Source: an uncultured delta proteobacterium (GTDB lineage Bacteria > Desulfobacterota > Desulfomonilia > Desulfomonilales > Desulfomonilaceae). Taken from it: a stretch of DNA of 64,000 nucleotides. Below the pieces are notes generated by a model that saw nothing but the letters and a program-made list of their open reading frames with translations, ran no database searches and was not told where the DNA came from. Within the stretch, counting starts at the first letter, position 1; the number at the start of each line of letters is the position of its first letter. Shown here one piece after another: positions 39,568 to 48,871 of this stretch. Location: positions 416,001-480,000 of the forward strand of contig CAWBKB010000007.1 of NCBI GenBank assembly GCA_963789265.1, in the 5' to 3' direction. Position numbers and translations under genes: made by a program.

Positions 39568-41472
39568 TCAAATATCCAGCTCCTGCACTTCTTGCGCATG
39601 CTCTTTGATAAAAGAGAATCGCTTCCTGACGTCTTTACCCATTAACGTATCAAATATCTCATTGGTCTTTTCGTCATCGTCCACGCGGATTCTCAGGATA
39701 GTACGGGTGGATGGATCCATGGTCGTGCTTTTCAATGTTTCCGAATCCATCTCGCCAAGACCTTTGAATCTTTGAATTTCTATCTCCTTGCCGTTTTTTT
39801 GCTTCAGAAGCTTCTCCTTTTCTTCATCTGAAAAAACGTACCGAATAGCTGCTCTTTTACCCGATCCTATCCGAATCTTGTACAGAGGTGGCACGGCCAG
39901 GAATACATGGCCTCGTCGCACCAATTCGGGGAGGAAACGGTAGAAGAATGTGAGCAGCAAAGTGGCAATGTGATGGCCGTCAACGTCGGCATCTGTGTTG
40001 ATGATGACCTTGCCGTATCGCAGTCGGGAATAATTAAATGCGGGGCCGGTCCCGGTTCCGATGCTCTGAACCAGATCCTGGATCTCCCGGTTGGCTTTGA
40101 GTTTTTCCGCGGAGGCCTGCTCGACGTTCAAGATCTTGCCTCGCAGCGGGAGAATGGCTTGGAACCTTCTGTCTCTGGCTTGTTTTGACGAGCCGCCGGC
40201 GCTGTCGCCTTCGACGATAAATAGTTCGGTCCCGTCTCGCGACGTAGATGAACAGTCTGCTAATTTGCCTGGCAGCGTCAGTCGGCGCGTTGCGGCCTTG
40301 CGATTCACCTCATCGCGTGCCGCTCGTGAAGCTGAGCGTGCTTGAGCGGCCAGAACGATGCGATTAGTTACTGCCGCTGCCTGTGTGGGATTTTGGTGGA
40401 GCCAGGTCTCAAAGGCATTTCGAACTACGGGTTCGATTTGCAACGCTGTGCGGCTGTTGAGGCGTTCCTTGGTCTGCCCCTGAAATTCCAGATTCTCATG
40501 AAGGTAAACCGAGAGGATCGCAACAAGGCCTTCGCGCACGTCTTCCGCGGAAACGCTCTTGATCCCTTTCGGAAGGCCGTTGCGCTTCTCGATGTATGTC
40601 CTGAGCGCGCGAGCTATTCCATTCTTGAACCCGGTTTCGTGAGTGCCGCCGGCCGGCGTGGGTATGGAATTGACGAACGATAGTATCCGAGTAGAGGTCT
40701 CGGATGTCCAGGCCATTACAAGTTCCAGCCGCAAATCGTTGTCGTGATGGTAATAAAATGGCTGGGCATCGACCAGAGGACGATCCGTCACCAGCTTTCG
40801 GAGGAAATCCATGATTCCACCCGGATAGACGAAGGTCTCTACTGTCCCTGCCGTCTCATCGCTCAGTCTGATCTTCAGTCCCGCTATGAGAAAAGCTTTG
40901 CTCTCCAGCCGTTCTCGTATCAGATCCTTCGAAAATGCCCTGTCCGGGAAGATCGTGGCATCAGGCAGAAACGTTACCTTAGTCCCCGTGTGTTTCGATT
41001 CTTCCATCTTCCGTAAAGGTGACACGGCTTTTCCGCGTCGGAATTCTTGGATATAGCGCGAGCCGTTACGCCAGACTTCCACGGCAAGTCTTTCGCTCAG
41101 AGCGTTCACCACTGCCGCACCCACTCCATGAAGGCCGCCGGCTACTTTATATGTGTCGTCATCGAATTTTCCACCCGCATGCAGGTTGCAGAAGATAGTC
41201 TCCACCGTGTTCTTTCCGGTGGTCGGGTGTTTTTCCACCGGGATGCCCCGTCCTTGGTCTTCGACCGAGATGCTCCCATCTGAAGTCAGGACCACGTCGA
41301 TGAAAGCACAGTGTCCGTTGAGCGCTTCGTCAACGCTATTGTCCAGGACCTCCCACACTAGCTGATGCAGTCCTTCCCGTCCCGTTCCGCCTATGTACAT
41401 GCCGGGTCGCTTCCGTACCGCCTCGAGCCCTTTCAGTACTTGTATGTCTTTTACCGTATAAGAATCACTCAT
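39568..41472 (-). CDS. Type IIA topoisomerase B subunit (ParE-like)
   Basis: [64 protein letters not shown]; 634 aa. Confidence 0.93.
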   Translation of the reverse strand: MSDSYTVKDIQVLKGLEAVRKRPGMYIGGTGREGLHQLVWEVLDNSVDEALNGHCAFIDVVLTSDGSISVEDQGRGIPVEKHPTTGKNTVETIFCNLHAGGKFDDDTYKVAGGLHGVGAAVVNALSERLAVEVWRNGSRYIQEFRRGKAVSPLRKMEESKHTGTKVTFLPDATIFPDRAFSKDLIRERLESKAFLIAGLKIRLSDETAGTVETFVYPGGIMDFLRKLVTDRPLVDAQPFYYHHDNDLRLELVMAWTSETSTRILSFVNSIPTPAGGTHETGFKNGIARALRTYIEKRNGLPKGIKSVSAEDVREGLVAILSVYLHENLEFQGQTKERLNSRTALQIEPVVRNAFETWLHQNPTQAAAVTNRIVLAAQARSASRAARDEVNRKAATRRLTLPGKLADCSSTSRDGTELFIVEGDSAGGSSKQARDRRFQAILPLRGKILNVEQASAEKLKANREIQDLVQSIGTGTGPAFNYSRLRYGKVIINTDADVDGHHIATLLLTFFYRFLPELVRRGHVFLAVPPLYKIRIGSGKRAAIRYVFSDEEKEKLLKQKNGKEIEIQRFKGLGEMDSETLKSTTMDPSTRTILRIRVDDDEKTNEIFDTLMGKDVRKRFSFIKEHAQEVQELDI

Positions 41473-43910
41473 TTATCTTGACCTTTGTCACTCCTCTGCA
41501 AAACCATTTCCAAGATTGAAGCACAAACGCTCTTGCCGCTGCCGGCCCGATTTCTCAACGGGATGTCCTTGATTTGCACGTTTTTGTCTTTGCCCCTTTT
41601 GGGTTTGATCTGCAAGCAATCGCCGGGATTCACTAGTTCCATAGCAATCACCTGAAATCCGGAAGTCACCTTCATCATCCGTGCCCCGCGTGCCGGACCG
41701 GCCAGGATTGGGACTTGATCCACGGGAAACACGAGAATGTTACCGGAATCCGTTGCGACGGCGACAAATTCCCCATCCTCCGGCTTCACCGTAATGACCT
41801 CGTCATCTCCTTCCAGGTTCACCAGACGCCTACCCATACGTTTGGTGGGCTCTCGAAGAATGGAATAATCGAATCGGAAGCCTTTTCCCAGGCGGGTTGT
41901 CAGCACGCCTCTCGAGCACAAGGATACTTCAGAGCTTGCCGCCGTTTCAGGCGTGCTGCTCGGCTGGTCGAAGAGGTACTCCTGGGATGGGGGATGGCCA
42001 TTGTTGTCGGGTTCGACCGCTATTACCTCTTCTTGGCCGGCCACATGTCCCCCGCCGATCCCGGCGTTCGTGGCAGGATCGGGGGCTATAAAGCCCACAA
42101 CAAACTCGCCGTCCACAAAGTTAAACAGGCTTCCGATAGGCTCTCCGAAGCCCGGTGTCGCGGGGATATCCAGAGCTCTCACCACATAAACTTTCCCCAG
42201 GTTCGATAAGATCGCCACGGTCTTGCCTGTGTTCACCCTTGCCAAACCGAAGAGGCTGTCACCTTCACGGAATTTCAAAGAAGCCTCTTCTCCGACTTCA
42301 CTCTTGATGCGTCGAATCCATCCTTGCCTGGACAGGATAACGGTCGAGTCCGCGTGTTCCACGAATTCCTCGGGGTCATATTCCAGCGCGGCCGCCTCCT
42401 GTTCACCCACAATTCGCGTACGCCTCTTGTCGCCGAACTTCGCCGCGACATCGGCCAGTTCACGGTCGATGATGTTCCAGAGCCGCTCGGAACCGGCCAA
42501 GTCTCGTGATATTTCCTCAGCCTCCTTTTTCTTGGCCGCACGTTCGTCCAGAAGCTTACCGATTTCCATGCCTACGAGCTTGTACAGCCGCGTCTCGAGG
42601 ATGGCCTCGATTTGCTCGTCGTCCAAAGGGAATTTCTCTCTCAGACCCTGCTCCGCTTCGTGTCGACTCCTGGCCGAACGGATTATTCGCAGGACTTCGT
42701 CAAGATCGCGAAAGACTAGAGCGAAGCCGTCAAGCACGTGAATCCGCTTTTGAAGAATCTCCAATGTGTGATTTAGTCTGCGAACGGTCTTGTCGTATCT
42801 GAAGTCAAGGAAATACCTGATAATAGCGGCAAGCCCGAGCCTCTCGGGTACTCCTTCGGGCGTGATAGCGATAAAGTTTAGTGGAAAATTGATCTGTAAG
42901 TCCGTATGCTTGTAAAGAAAGGCCATTACGGAATCGGGCTTGACGCCTACTCCTCGCAGTTCCAGAACTATCCGCACATCTTTGGTACTTTCGTCCCTTA
43001 CATCTTGGACGTATTTGAGTTTCTTGTCCCCGATCAGTTGCGCTATGCGCTCTATAAGTCGGGACTTGTTGACTGAATATGGAATGGACGTAACAATCAA
43101 ATTGGTACGCCCGTGCATCGCACTCTCCACCTCGTAAGTGCCGCGGACTCTGACGGCACCGTGGCCGGCCTTGTAAATGTCCGCCAGGTGATCCGAGTGC
43201 TCCAGGATTTCTCCACCTGTGGGAAAATCAGGGCCTTTGATGTGCGTCAGGAGATCTCCGGTTTTCAGATCGCTACGCTTGATTGCCGCTCGACACGCCG
43301 CAACAACCTCGCCCATGTTGTGGGGCGGAAAAGAGCAGCTCATGCCGACCGCTATGCCGGATGAGCCGTTGAGTAGGAGATTTGGCACGGCTGAAGGCAG
43401 CACGTCGGGTTCTTCACCTATGGCATCGTAGGTGGGCCTGAAATCGGTGGTACCTCGATCAATATCTCTTAGAAGCGCTCCCGCGAAAGTGCTCAGTCTG
43501 GTTTCCGTGTATCGCATCGCGGCCGGCGAGTCGCCGTCGATTGAACCAAAGTTCCCCGAACCGTCGATAAGGGGATATCTCAGGCTGAAATCCTGAGCCA
43601 TTCGAACGAGCGCGTCGTAGGCAGCCTGATCTCCGTGAGGGTGATATTTTCCAATAACCTCGCCCACAACCGCTGCGGACTTTCTCATTTTTGCCGCGTC
43701 GCTTAGCCGCATTGAATGCATGGCGTAGAGTATCCGACGGTGTACGGGCTTGAGCCCATCCCGAACGTCAGGTAATGCCCGGGACACAATGGTGGAGAGC
43801 GCATAGGCAAGATAACGTTTTTCGACTTCCAGGTGTATTGAGGCCTGAGTCTCGCCTCCGCCCTTTTCACGTTTTGGAATCTGCACGTTGTTATTTCCTT
43901 TGGTTCGCAT
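41469..43910 (-). CDS. Type IIA topoisomerase A subunit (ParC-like, no GyrA-box)
   Basis: [29 protein letters not shown] catalytic Tyr, GPDFPTGG; C-terminal domain lacks QxRGGxG. Confidence 0.92.
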   Translation of the reverse strand: MRTKGNNNVQIPKREKGGGETQASIHLEVEKRYLAYALSTIVSRALPDVRDGLKPVHRRILYAMHSMRLSDAAKMRKSAAVVGEVIGKYHPHGDQAAYDALVRMAQDFSLRYPLIDGSGNFGSIDGDSPAAMRYTETRLSTFAGALLRDIDRGTTDFRPTYDAIGEEPDVLPSAVPNLLLNGSSGIAVGMSCSFPPHNMGEVVAACRAAIKRSDLKTGDLLTHIKGPDFPTGGEILEHSDHLADIYKAGHGAVRVRGTYEVESAMHGRTNLIVTSIPYSVNKSRLIERIAQLIGDKKLKYVQDVRDESTKDVRIVLELRGVGVKPDSVMAFLYKHTDLQINFPLNFIAITPEGVPERLGLAAIIRYFLDFRYDKTVRRLNHTLEILQKRIHVLDGFALVFRDLDEVLRIIRSARSRHEAEQGLREKFPLDDEQIEAILETRLYKLVGMEIGKLLDERAAKKKEAEEISRDLAGSERLWNIIDRELADVAAKFGDKRRTRIVGEQEAAALEYDPEEFVEHADSTVILSRQGWIRRIKSEVGEEASLKFREGDSLFGLARVNTGKTVAILSNLGKVYVVRALDIPATPGFGEPIGSLFNFVDGEFVVGFIAPDPATNAGIGGGHVAGQEEVIAVEPDNNGHPPSQEYLFDQPSSTPETAASSEVSLCSRGVLTTRLGKGFRFDYSILREPTKRMGRRLVNLEGDDEVITVKPEDGEFVAVATDSGNILVFPVDQVPILAGPARGARMMKVTSGFQVIAMELVNPGDCLQIKPKRGKDKNVQIKDIPLRNRAGSGKSVCASILEMVLQRSDKGQDK

Positions 43911-44047
43911 GCTCGCTTACCCCAACCTATCTTCCGCTTCGCGGACCGGGAACACAACATAGCCGAGGGGAAATTTATATCAATACAAAAAAACGGCAAG
44001 AGCTAAAGAGGATCATGATCGAGGTGAGACAAGTGGGCAAACGGATC

Positions 44048-44299
44048 GAAACTGTCCCAAAAGTGCGGATCTGGTGGAGACCGTGCCACGATTCTTGGCA
44101 TCAAAATAGTTTTGATGCTCGGAATCGTGGCACGATGGCAGCCCGGCACTAAAGTACCGGTCTACTCTCAATCGCCCCAATGGGGCTCAAATACTGGCGT
44201 CCCGTGGGGACCGGAGACAGTAGCCCGGTAAATCATTGCCGGGGAAAAGGGTCATTCGTGGTACGATTTCGTCCAGTTCAAGGGTTTTGAGGCACTTTC
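44048..44299. mobile_element. MITE-like element (family B) with REP cargo
   Basis: GAAACTGTCCCAAAA ... TTTTGAGGCACTTTC (12/15); internal CGTG(G/C)CACG palindromes; CATCAAAATAGTTTTGA shared with 11231-11247. Confidence 0.65.
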
Positions 44300-44377
44300 A
44301 GATGCCTGTCCCACCAATGGGATTGCTTCGCTTCGCTCGCAATGACAACCCTTCGTCGCGCGCAAGTGAATGCTTAC
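44300..44377. repeat. Half-REPs and a solo family A TIR
   Basis: AGATGCCTGTCCCACC; GATTGCTTCGCTTCGCTCGCAATGAC; GTGAATGCTTAC at 44366-44377. Confidence 0.6.
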
Positions 44378-44642
44378 AACCACCGAGAGCATTTCATTGA
44401 CTTTGACACCGCGTTATGTTAGCGTTATCACACAAAAAATATAGCCCCATTGCCTCTGGTCTTTCCTCCATGACTGTATCGAATATCATGGCTGGCTCTC
44501 GCGGATTCGGCCCGAGTCGTGACGACCGGACCTCTCTTACCGGTCAATATCGAAGCCTGCTCCACGAGCCCCACAGACCTTTTCCCACAATGCCGGATTA
44601 CCGACCGGATCAACGAATCTCCAAATCAGCGCAGGAATCGGC

Positions 44643-46037
44643 ATGGCCAAAGTCAAAGTAGACGCAAAGCAGGCCCTGGACGACATTCGAGCAGGGATGA
44701 GCGATTCTGACTTGATGGACAAGTACAAGATCTCAGCTAAAGGGCTCCAGAGCCTCTTCGATAAGTTGTTGACGGCCCGACTGGTCACTCAAGCAGAACT
44801 CGACGAAAGGGTGCTTTTGACTGAGAAGACTGTGGAGCTTACGATCTATAGATGTCCAGCCTGCGGTATGCCGCAGTTCATGGAATTTGACGAATGTCCC
44901 CAGTGCGGAATCATAGTGTCCAAATTCAAGAAGAGACGTGCAGACCGCCCTTCCGAAGCGAAAGACAAAAGCGCTCATGGAGCCGAGTCTATCGGCGCAG
45001 ATGCCAAGGGACGGGAAGACGTCATATTTCGTTCCAATCTGCGGCGCACCGGCTTCTATGACACCAGGGGAGTCACCAAACTCACCCAACTGAAGTGGAA
45101 GTTCAAGACAGGCGGATGGGTGTCTTCTTCCCCTGCTGTAGCGCAGGACGGGGTCTATTTTGGGAGTCTCGACGGCAGCTTTTATGCTGTAGATAAGGAA
45201 ACAGCCAAGGAGAAATGGAAGTTTAAGACGGGGGGCTCAATATACTCTTCCTGTGCAATAGTGGGATCGACAGTCTTTTTTGGCAGCCTCGACGGCGCAG
45301 TATACGGTTTGGACCGCCTGAAGGGAGGTCCGCAATTCAAATTCGTGACCGCCGGACCGGTCTATTCTTCCCCGGCAGCAGCCGACGGATATGTCTATTT
45401 TGGGAGTCTCGACGGCTATCTTTATGCTGTTGATCTCACGACACAAACCGAGCGGTGGAAGTTCAAGACCGGCGGGCCCGTATATTCCACGCCTGCAATG
45501 GGCGAGGGGATTGTTTACTTTGGAAGCCTGGATGGGAATCTTTATGGTGTGGAGGTCCTTTCCGGCAAGCAAGTGTGGAAGTTCAAGACATCAGGACCGG
45601 TATCAACCGCCGCGGCCATAGACAAGGGCACGGTATATTTTGGGAGTGGCGATCGAAGTCTCTATGCTGTTGACACGGGCACTGGCCAGGAAAAATGGCA
45701 TTTCAGGGCTGGAGACAAGATATCGTCCTCGCCGGCGGTTGCGCATGGTGTCGTCTACTTCGGTAGCGCCGATCGGCGCGTATACGCGGTGGATCTTAAA
45801 ACGTGCCTCGAAAAATGGAAGTTCGAAACAGGCGGTGCGGTCTATTCTTCCCCGACGGTCGCCGGTGCAATGGTATATTTTGGCAGCATAGACAGTACCT
45901 TGTACGCATTGGACCTGAACGCGGGGCAGAAGATTTGGACGTTCAAGACCGAAAGCCCGGTGTATTCGTCGCCGGCGATAGCCGACGGCGTTATATACTT
46001 CGGAAGCGATGACGGGCATTTGTACGCAATTCGGTGA
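44643..46037 (+). CDS. N-terminal helical module + zinc ribbon + 8-blade PQQ-like beta-propeller
   Basis: CPACG..CPQCG; eight repeats of WKFKTGGxVxSSPA..GxVYFGSxDGxLYAxD at 40-aa spacing; no signal peptide. Confidence 0.9.
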   Translation: MAKVKVDAKQALDDIRAGMSDSDLMDKYKISAKGLQSLFDKLLTARLVTQAELDERVLLTEKTVELTIYRCPACGMPQFMEFDECPQCGIIVSKFKKRRADRPSEAKDKSAHGAESIGADAKGREDVIFRSNLRRTGFYDTRGVTKLTQLKWKFKTGGWVSSSPAVAQDGVYFGSLDGSFYAVDKETAKEKWKFKTGGSIYSSCAIVGSTVFFGSLDGAVYGLDRLKGGPQFKFVTAGPVYSSPAAADGYVYFGSLDGYLYAVDLTTQTERWKFKTGGPVYSTPAMGEGIVYFGSLDGNLYGVEVLSGKQVWKFKTSGPVSTAAAIDKGTVYFGSGDRSLYAVDTGTGQEKWHFRAGDKISSSPAVAHGVVYFGSADRRVYAVDLKTCLEKWKFETGGAVYSSPTVAGAMVYFGSIDSTLYALDLNAGQKIWTFKTESPVYSSPAIADGVIYFGSDDGHLYAIR

Positions 46038-46090
46038 AGCACGCTTCTTGCCGCAAACATTGACTATACTTACGCCAATTCAAAAATGTT

Positions 46091-46213
46091 GTGAGCGCTC
46101 ACTGTGAACCTTGTAACCGGCACAGAGGCCGGTCCTCCTATGATCCCGGTAGGACCGGCCTCTGTGCCGGTTAAGCCTGACAGCCCGTGAACCCCTTTTC
46201 GCTGAATGGTTAC
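46091..46213. mobile_element. Degenerate MITE (family A) carrying a REP pair
   Basis: GTGAGCGCTCAC ... CTGAATGGTTAC; flanks AAAATGTT / GAAATATT (6/8); cargo ACCGGCACAGAGGCCGGTCCT / AGGACCGGCCTCTGTGCCGGT. Confidence 0.55.
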
Positions 46214-46434
46214 GAAATATTATAGTGAGCTGCATCGAGATTCACTCTTTTCCTCAAACTTGAAGCAGGCGCATCATGCTGTATGTTATGTAAAGGCACC
46301 GTATGCCGTGCCTGGGAGTGAATTGCTGTTTGCTGACAGTTCACTGCGGTATCGCTAACAGCGCGTTTGTCTGGAAGGCCAAACGGCCGCCAAAGCCTGC
46401 CATTGCAAGGGGGAGTAGTACTGAGGAACTTTGA

Positions 46435-47160
46435 ATGGAAAAAAGGAAGATTACGGCAAGAGAGGTGCTTAGAGATATCAGGTCCGGAGTAAACGATCAG
46501 GAACTTATGAAGAAATACTCCCTATCGGCTCAAGGCATTCAGAGCGTTTTTAACAAAATGGTGAGCGCGCGAGTGATTACCCAGGCCGAGTTGGATGACA
46601 GGATCCCTCTCACCGAAAGAACAGTGGACCTGGGGCTCTTTATATGCCCTGCGTGCGGGAACATTCAGGGGAAAGAATTTTCTGTGTGTCCTCGCTGCGG
46701 CTTTACAGCTCCCGGGAAGGCTAAAGCTGCTCAAGACAACCGAACAGGGATAAGCCGAGAAAAAAGCGCTTCCGCTCCGGTGCACCCTCAGAAAGCCGGT
46801 ACCCAGGTCAGCCCGCGGGCCGTGCCTCTCCCCAAAATTGAGGAAGAGACGGAAGCAGAGAGGGCCGGGGACACGTTTTCGGACTTGAGAAAAACTCTGA
46901 CCTATTGTCGGGTACTTGGAATCGCGGCTTTGGTCTCATACGTCTTAATCGTCGCAGGCATTTTCGTCATCCTCCCGGCGGGTCAACTTTCCGGTGGTTC
47001 ATTCCTTCTTCAATCTTTGCTCTCCCTCGCAATGCTGGCCATTCCCGCAATAGCGTTCGCACTCATCGTATTGATGACATTGCGCACGCTGACCGACGCG
47101 ATGAAGATCTTCGCCAATGTGGCCGGTCCTATGATGCGGAAACGACCACCGCAGGGATAA
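46435..47160 (+). CDS. N-terminal helical module + zinc ribbon + two C-terminal TM helices
   Basis: First ~90 aa homologous to those of the 44643 gene; CPACG..CPRCG; two hydrophobic segments. Confidence 0.85.
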   Translation: MEKRKITAREVLRDIRSGVNDQELMKKYSLSAQGIQSVFNKMVSARVITQAELDDRIPLTERTVDLGLFICPACGNIQGKEFSVCPRCGFTAPGKAKAAQDNRTGISREKSASAPVHPQKAGTQVSPRAVPLPKIEEETEAERAGDTFSDLRKTLTYCRVLGIAALVSYVLIVAGIFVILPAGQLSGGSFLLQSLLSLAMLAIPAIAFALIVLMTLRTLTDAMKIFANVAGPMMRKRPPQG

Positions 47161-47189
47161 AGTCCACGACATTGTGTCCGCGGCCCGCT

Positions 47190-47723
47190 TCATGCGCCGT
47201 CCAATACGTGGTGTTCCTTCTCGATGAACCAGGATTCAGGATTGGTAAAATACAGTTTCAGGTCTTCCAGGGCCACAAAGTGTCTACGCTCTTCCGTTAT
47301 CATGTGTTTCACGAAATCTTGTTCCAAAGGTTCGACGGCCTTTCTTAGCTGCTCTTCATAGAAGGTTATGGCACCCTGTTCCATTTGGACGCCTATTTCG
47401 AGTGCTTCGAGGTCGCCGGATTCCGCTTTCACTTTCGGTCCGAGCTCGGCGACTCTCTCTTTCATGAGCTTATTTAGATCTTCGTTCTCTACGCGGCACG
47501 CCTTCCAGTCTTCGGACCAGGCCCTTTCTTTACGCATCTGTTCGCGGATCTGCTTCAAACGCTGGATATGAACCGCCTCTTCTGCCATCAGCGTGCGGAA
47601 AGTCTCTTTTCCGAGCTCATTAGTACACGTAGCTACCGCGTCCTTGTAAAAATCCCTCCCCTTCTCTTCCTTTTCAATTGCAGTGGCCAACATTTGTAGC
47701 GTCTTGTCGCACCAATCTTCCAT
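47190..47723 (-). CDS. Ferritin-like / rubrerythrin family protein
   Basis: AIEKEEKGRDFY, EEAVH, EQGAITFY, EERRH di-iron pattern; start MEDWC with AAGGAG RBS. Confidence 0.85.
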   Translation of the reverse strand: MEDWCDKTLQMLATAIEKEEKGRDFYKDAVATCTNELGKETFRTLMAEEAVHIQRLKQIREQMRKERAWSEDWKACRVENEDLNKLMKERVAELGPKVKAESGDLEALEIGVQMEQGAITFYEEQLRKAVEPLEQDFVKHMITEERRHFVALEDLKLYFTNPESWFIEKEHHVLDGA

Positions 47724-47825
47724 TTTCCGGTCTCCTTGCATTAAGTTGATTGATTGTCACATACTATCGGCACAAAGCCCCAATGCCCGTTCGCAGTCAA
47801 AGAAATGACAATCTTGGCAAAGGCG

Positions 47826-48175
47826 CGGTGGAACAGGCTTCCAGCCTGTGGCTGACGGACGGGCAGGATGCCCATCCCCACTGCAACCCCGCGTTTCGTG
47901 CGGGGCGTCCCCACCAAATCATTTTCATTCCGGGATTACTTTTGGGAATCACTATATATCCCGCTTTCCCAGCAAAAACGGACAATCCGCCGGAAACAGG
48001 GCCTGACCTATTTAAGAGCACATAAGCATCAATTGTTTTCTGATTCCCAGTCCCGCGAGACGCGGGATTGGGAACCAGAACTCTAACGACTTTCGTGTCA
48101 CGATCTCGACCCGGTCCGCACTGTTGAAACAGCCTCCACGCTGCGCCCAGGGCACCGCATCCGGTGCCCCTACCG
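47826..48175. repeat. REP-like cluster between the ferritin-like genes
   Basis: GTGGAACAGGCTTCCAGCCTGT; GACGGGCAGGATGCCCATCCCCAC; TTCCCAG[TCCCGCGAGACGCGGGAT]TGGGAAC; AGGGCACCGCATCCGGTGCCCCTAC. Confidence 0.75.
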
Positions 48176-48241
48176 CCGCTGGATTCGCGAGATTGATATC
48201 TTTATACCGTGACGGAAACCTCGTATCAATTTTTGTTCCGG

Positions 48242-48760
48242 CTATTTCGCAGTCAGTTCCGCCGGCATAGTAAAGACCCGCGTTGCCAGTTCCGCATCTA
48301 TCATGAAAAGTGCAGCCCCCTGGTTCCCTGCAAGTTTTAGCTTCTGAACTACCGCATCCGCGGAAGCTTCTTCTTCCACCTGCTCGGTGACAAACCACTG
48401 CAAAAAAGTGCCGGCAGCGTGATCCTTTTCCAGCAATGCGAGGTCCACGAGATTGTTTATCAGACCTGTTACCTTTTGTTCGTGCAGATACGCATCCTCG
48501 AATGCGCTCAAAGGCGAATCCCATTTGGTAGGAGGTCCCTCTACCGGCGACAGAACCACCCTGCCGCCGCGATCGTTGATGAAATTATAGAACTTCATTA
48601 CGTGGACCATTTCTTCCTGAGCCTGGCAACGCATCCAGTTCGCAAAACCCTTCAGATTGATCGCTTCGAAATAAGCCGACATGGAGAGGTAAAGGTAAGC
48701 TGAATAAAGCTCGGCGTTGAGCTGGCCGTTAAATGCATCTTGAACATCCTGGCTGATCAT
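48242..48760 (-). CDS. ftnA: Non-heme ferritin
   Basis: QLNAELYSAYLYLSM, QAQEEMVH, HEQKVT, FLQWFVTEQVEEE. Confidence 0.95.
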   Translation of the reverse strand: MISQDVQDAFNGQLNAELYSAYLYLSMSAYFEAINLKGFANWMRCQAQEEMVHVMKFYNFINDRGGRVVLSPVEGPPTKWDSPLSAFEDAYLHEQKVTGLINNLVDLALLEKDHAAGTFLQWFVTEQVEEEASADAVVQKLKLAGNQGAALFMIDAELATRVFTMPAELTAK

Positions 48761-48871
48761 CTTGGCGCCTCCTTATATAGCCTCTGTGTGCTTTAGGGTA
48801 TACATTTCCGTCGATGTTCGCAACCTGGTACGCGAACCGACTGGGGGCACCGGGCACGGCCCTTGGATAGG

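Noticed and set aside
45093..46037. Regularly spaced DNA repeats as a possible CRISPR array
   Set aside because: 120-bp in-frame protein repeats; no identical repeats with unique spacers and no cas genes.
46405..46434. AAGGGGGAGTAG resembling the start of a yybP-ykoY riboswitch
   Set aside because: Only ~15 nt before the ATG, leaving no room for the aptamer; probably just an SD-like purine run.
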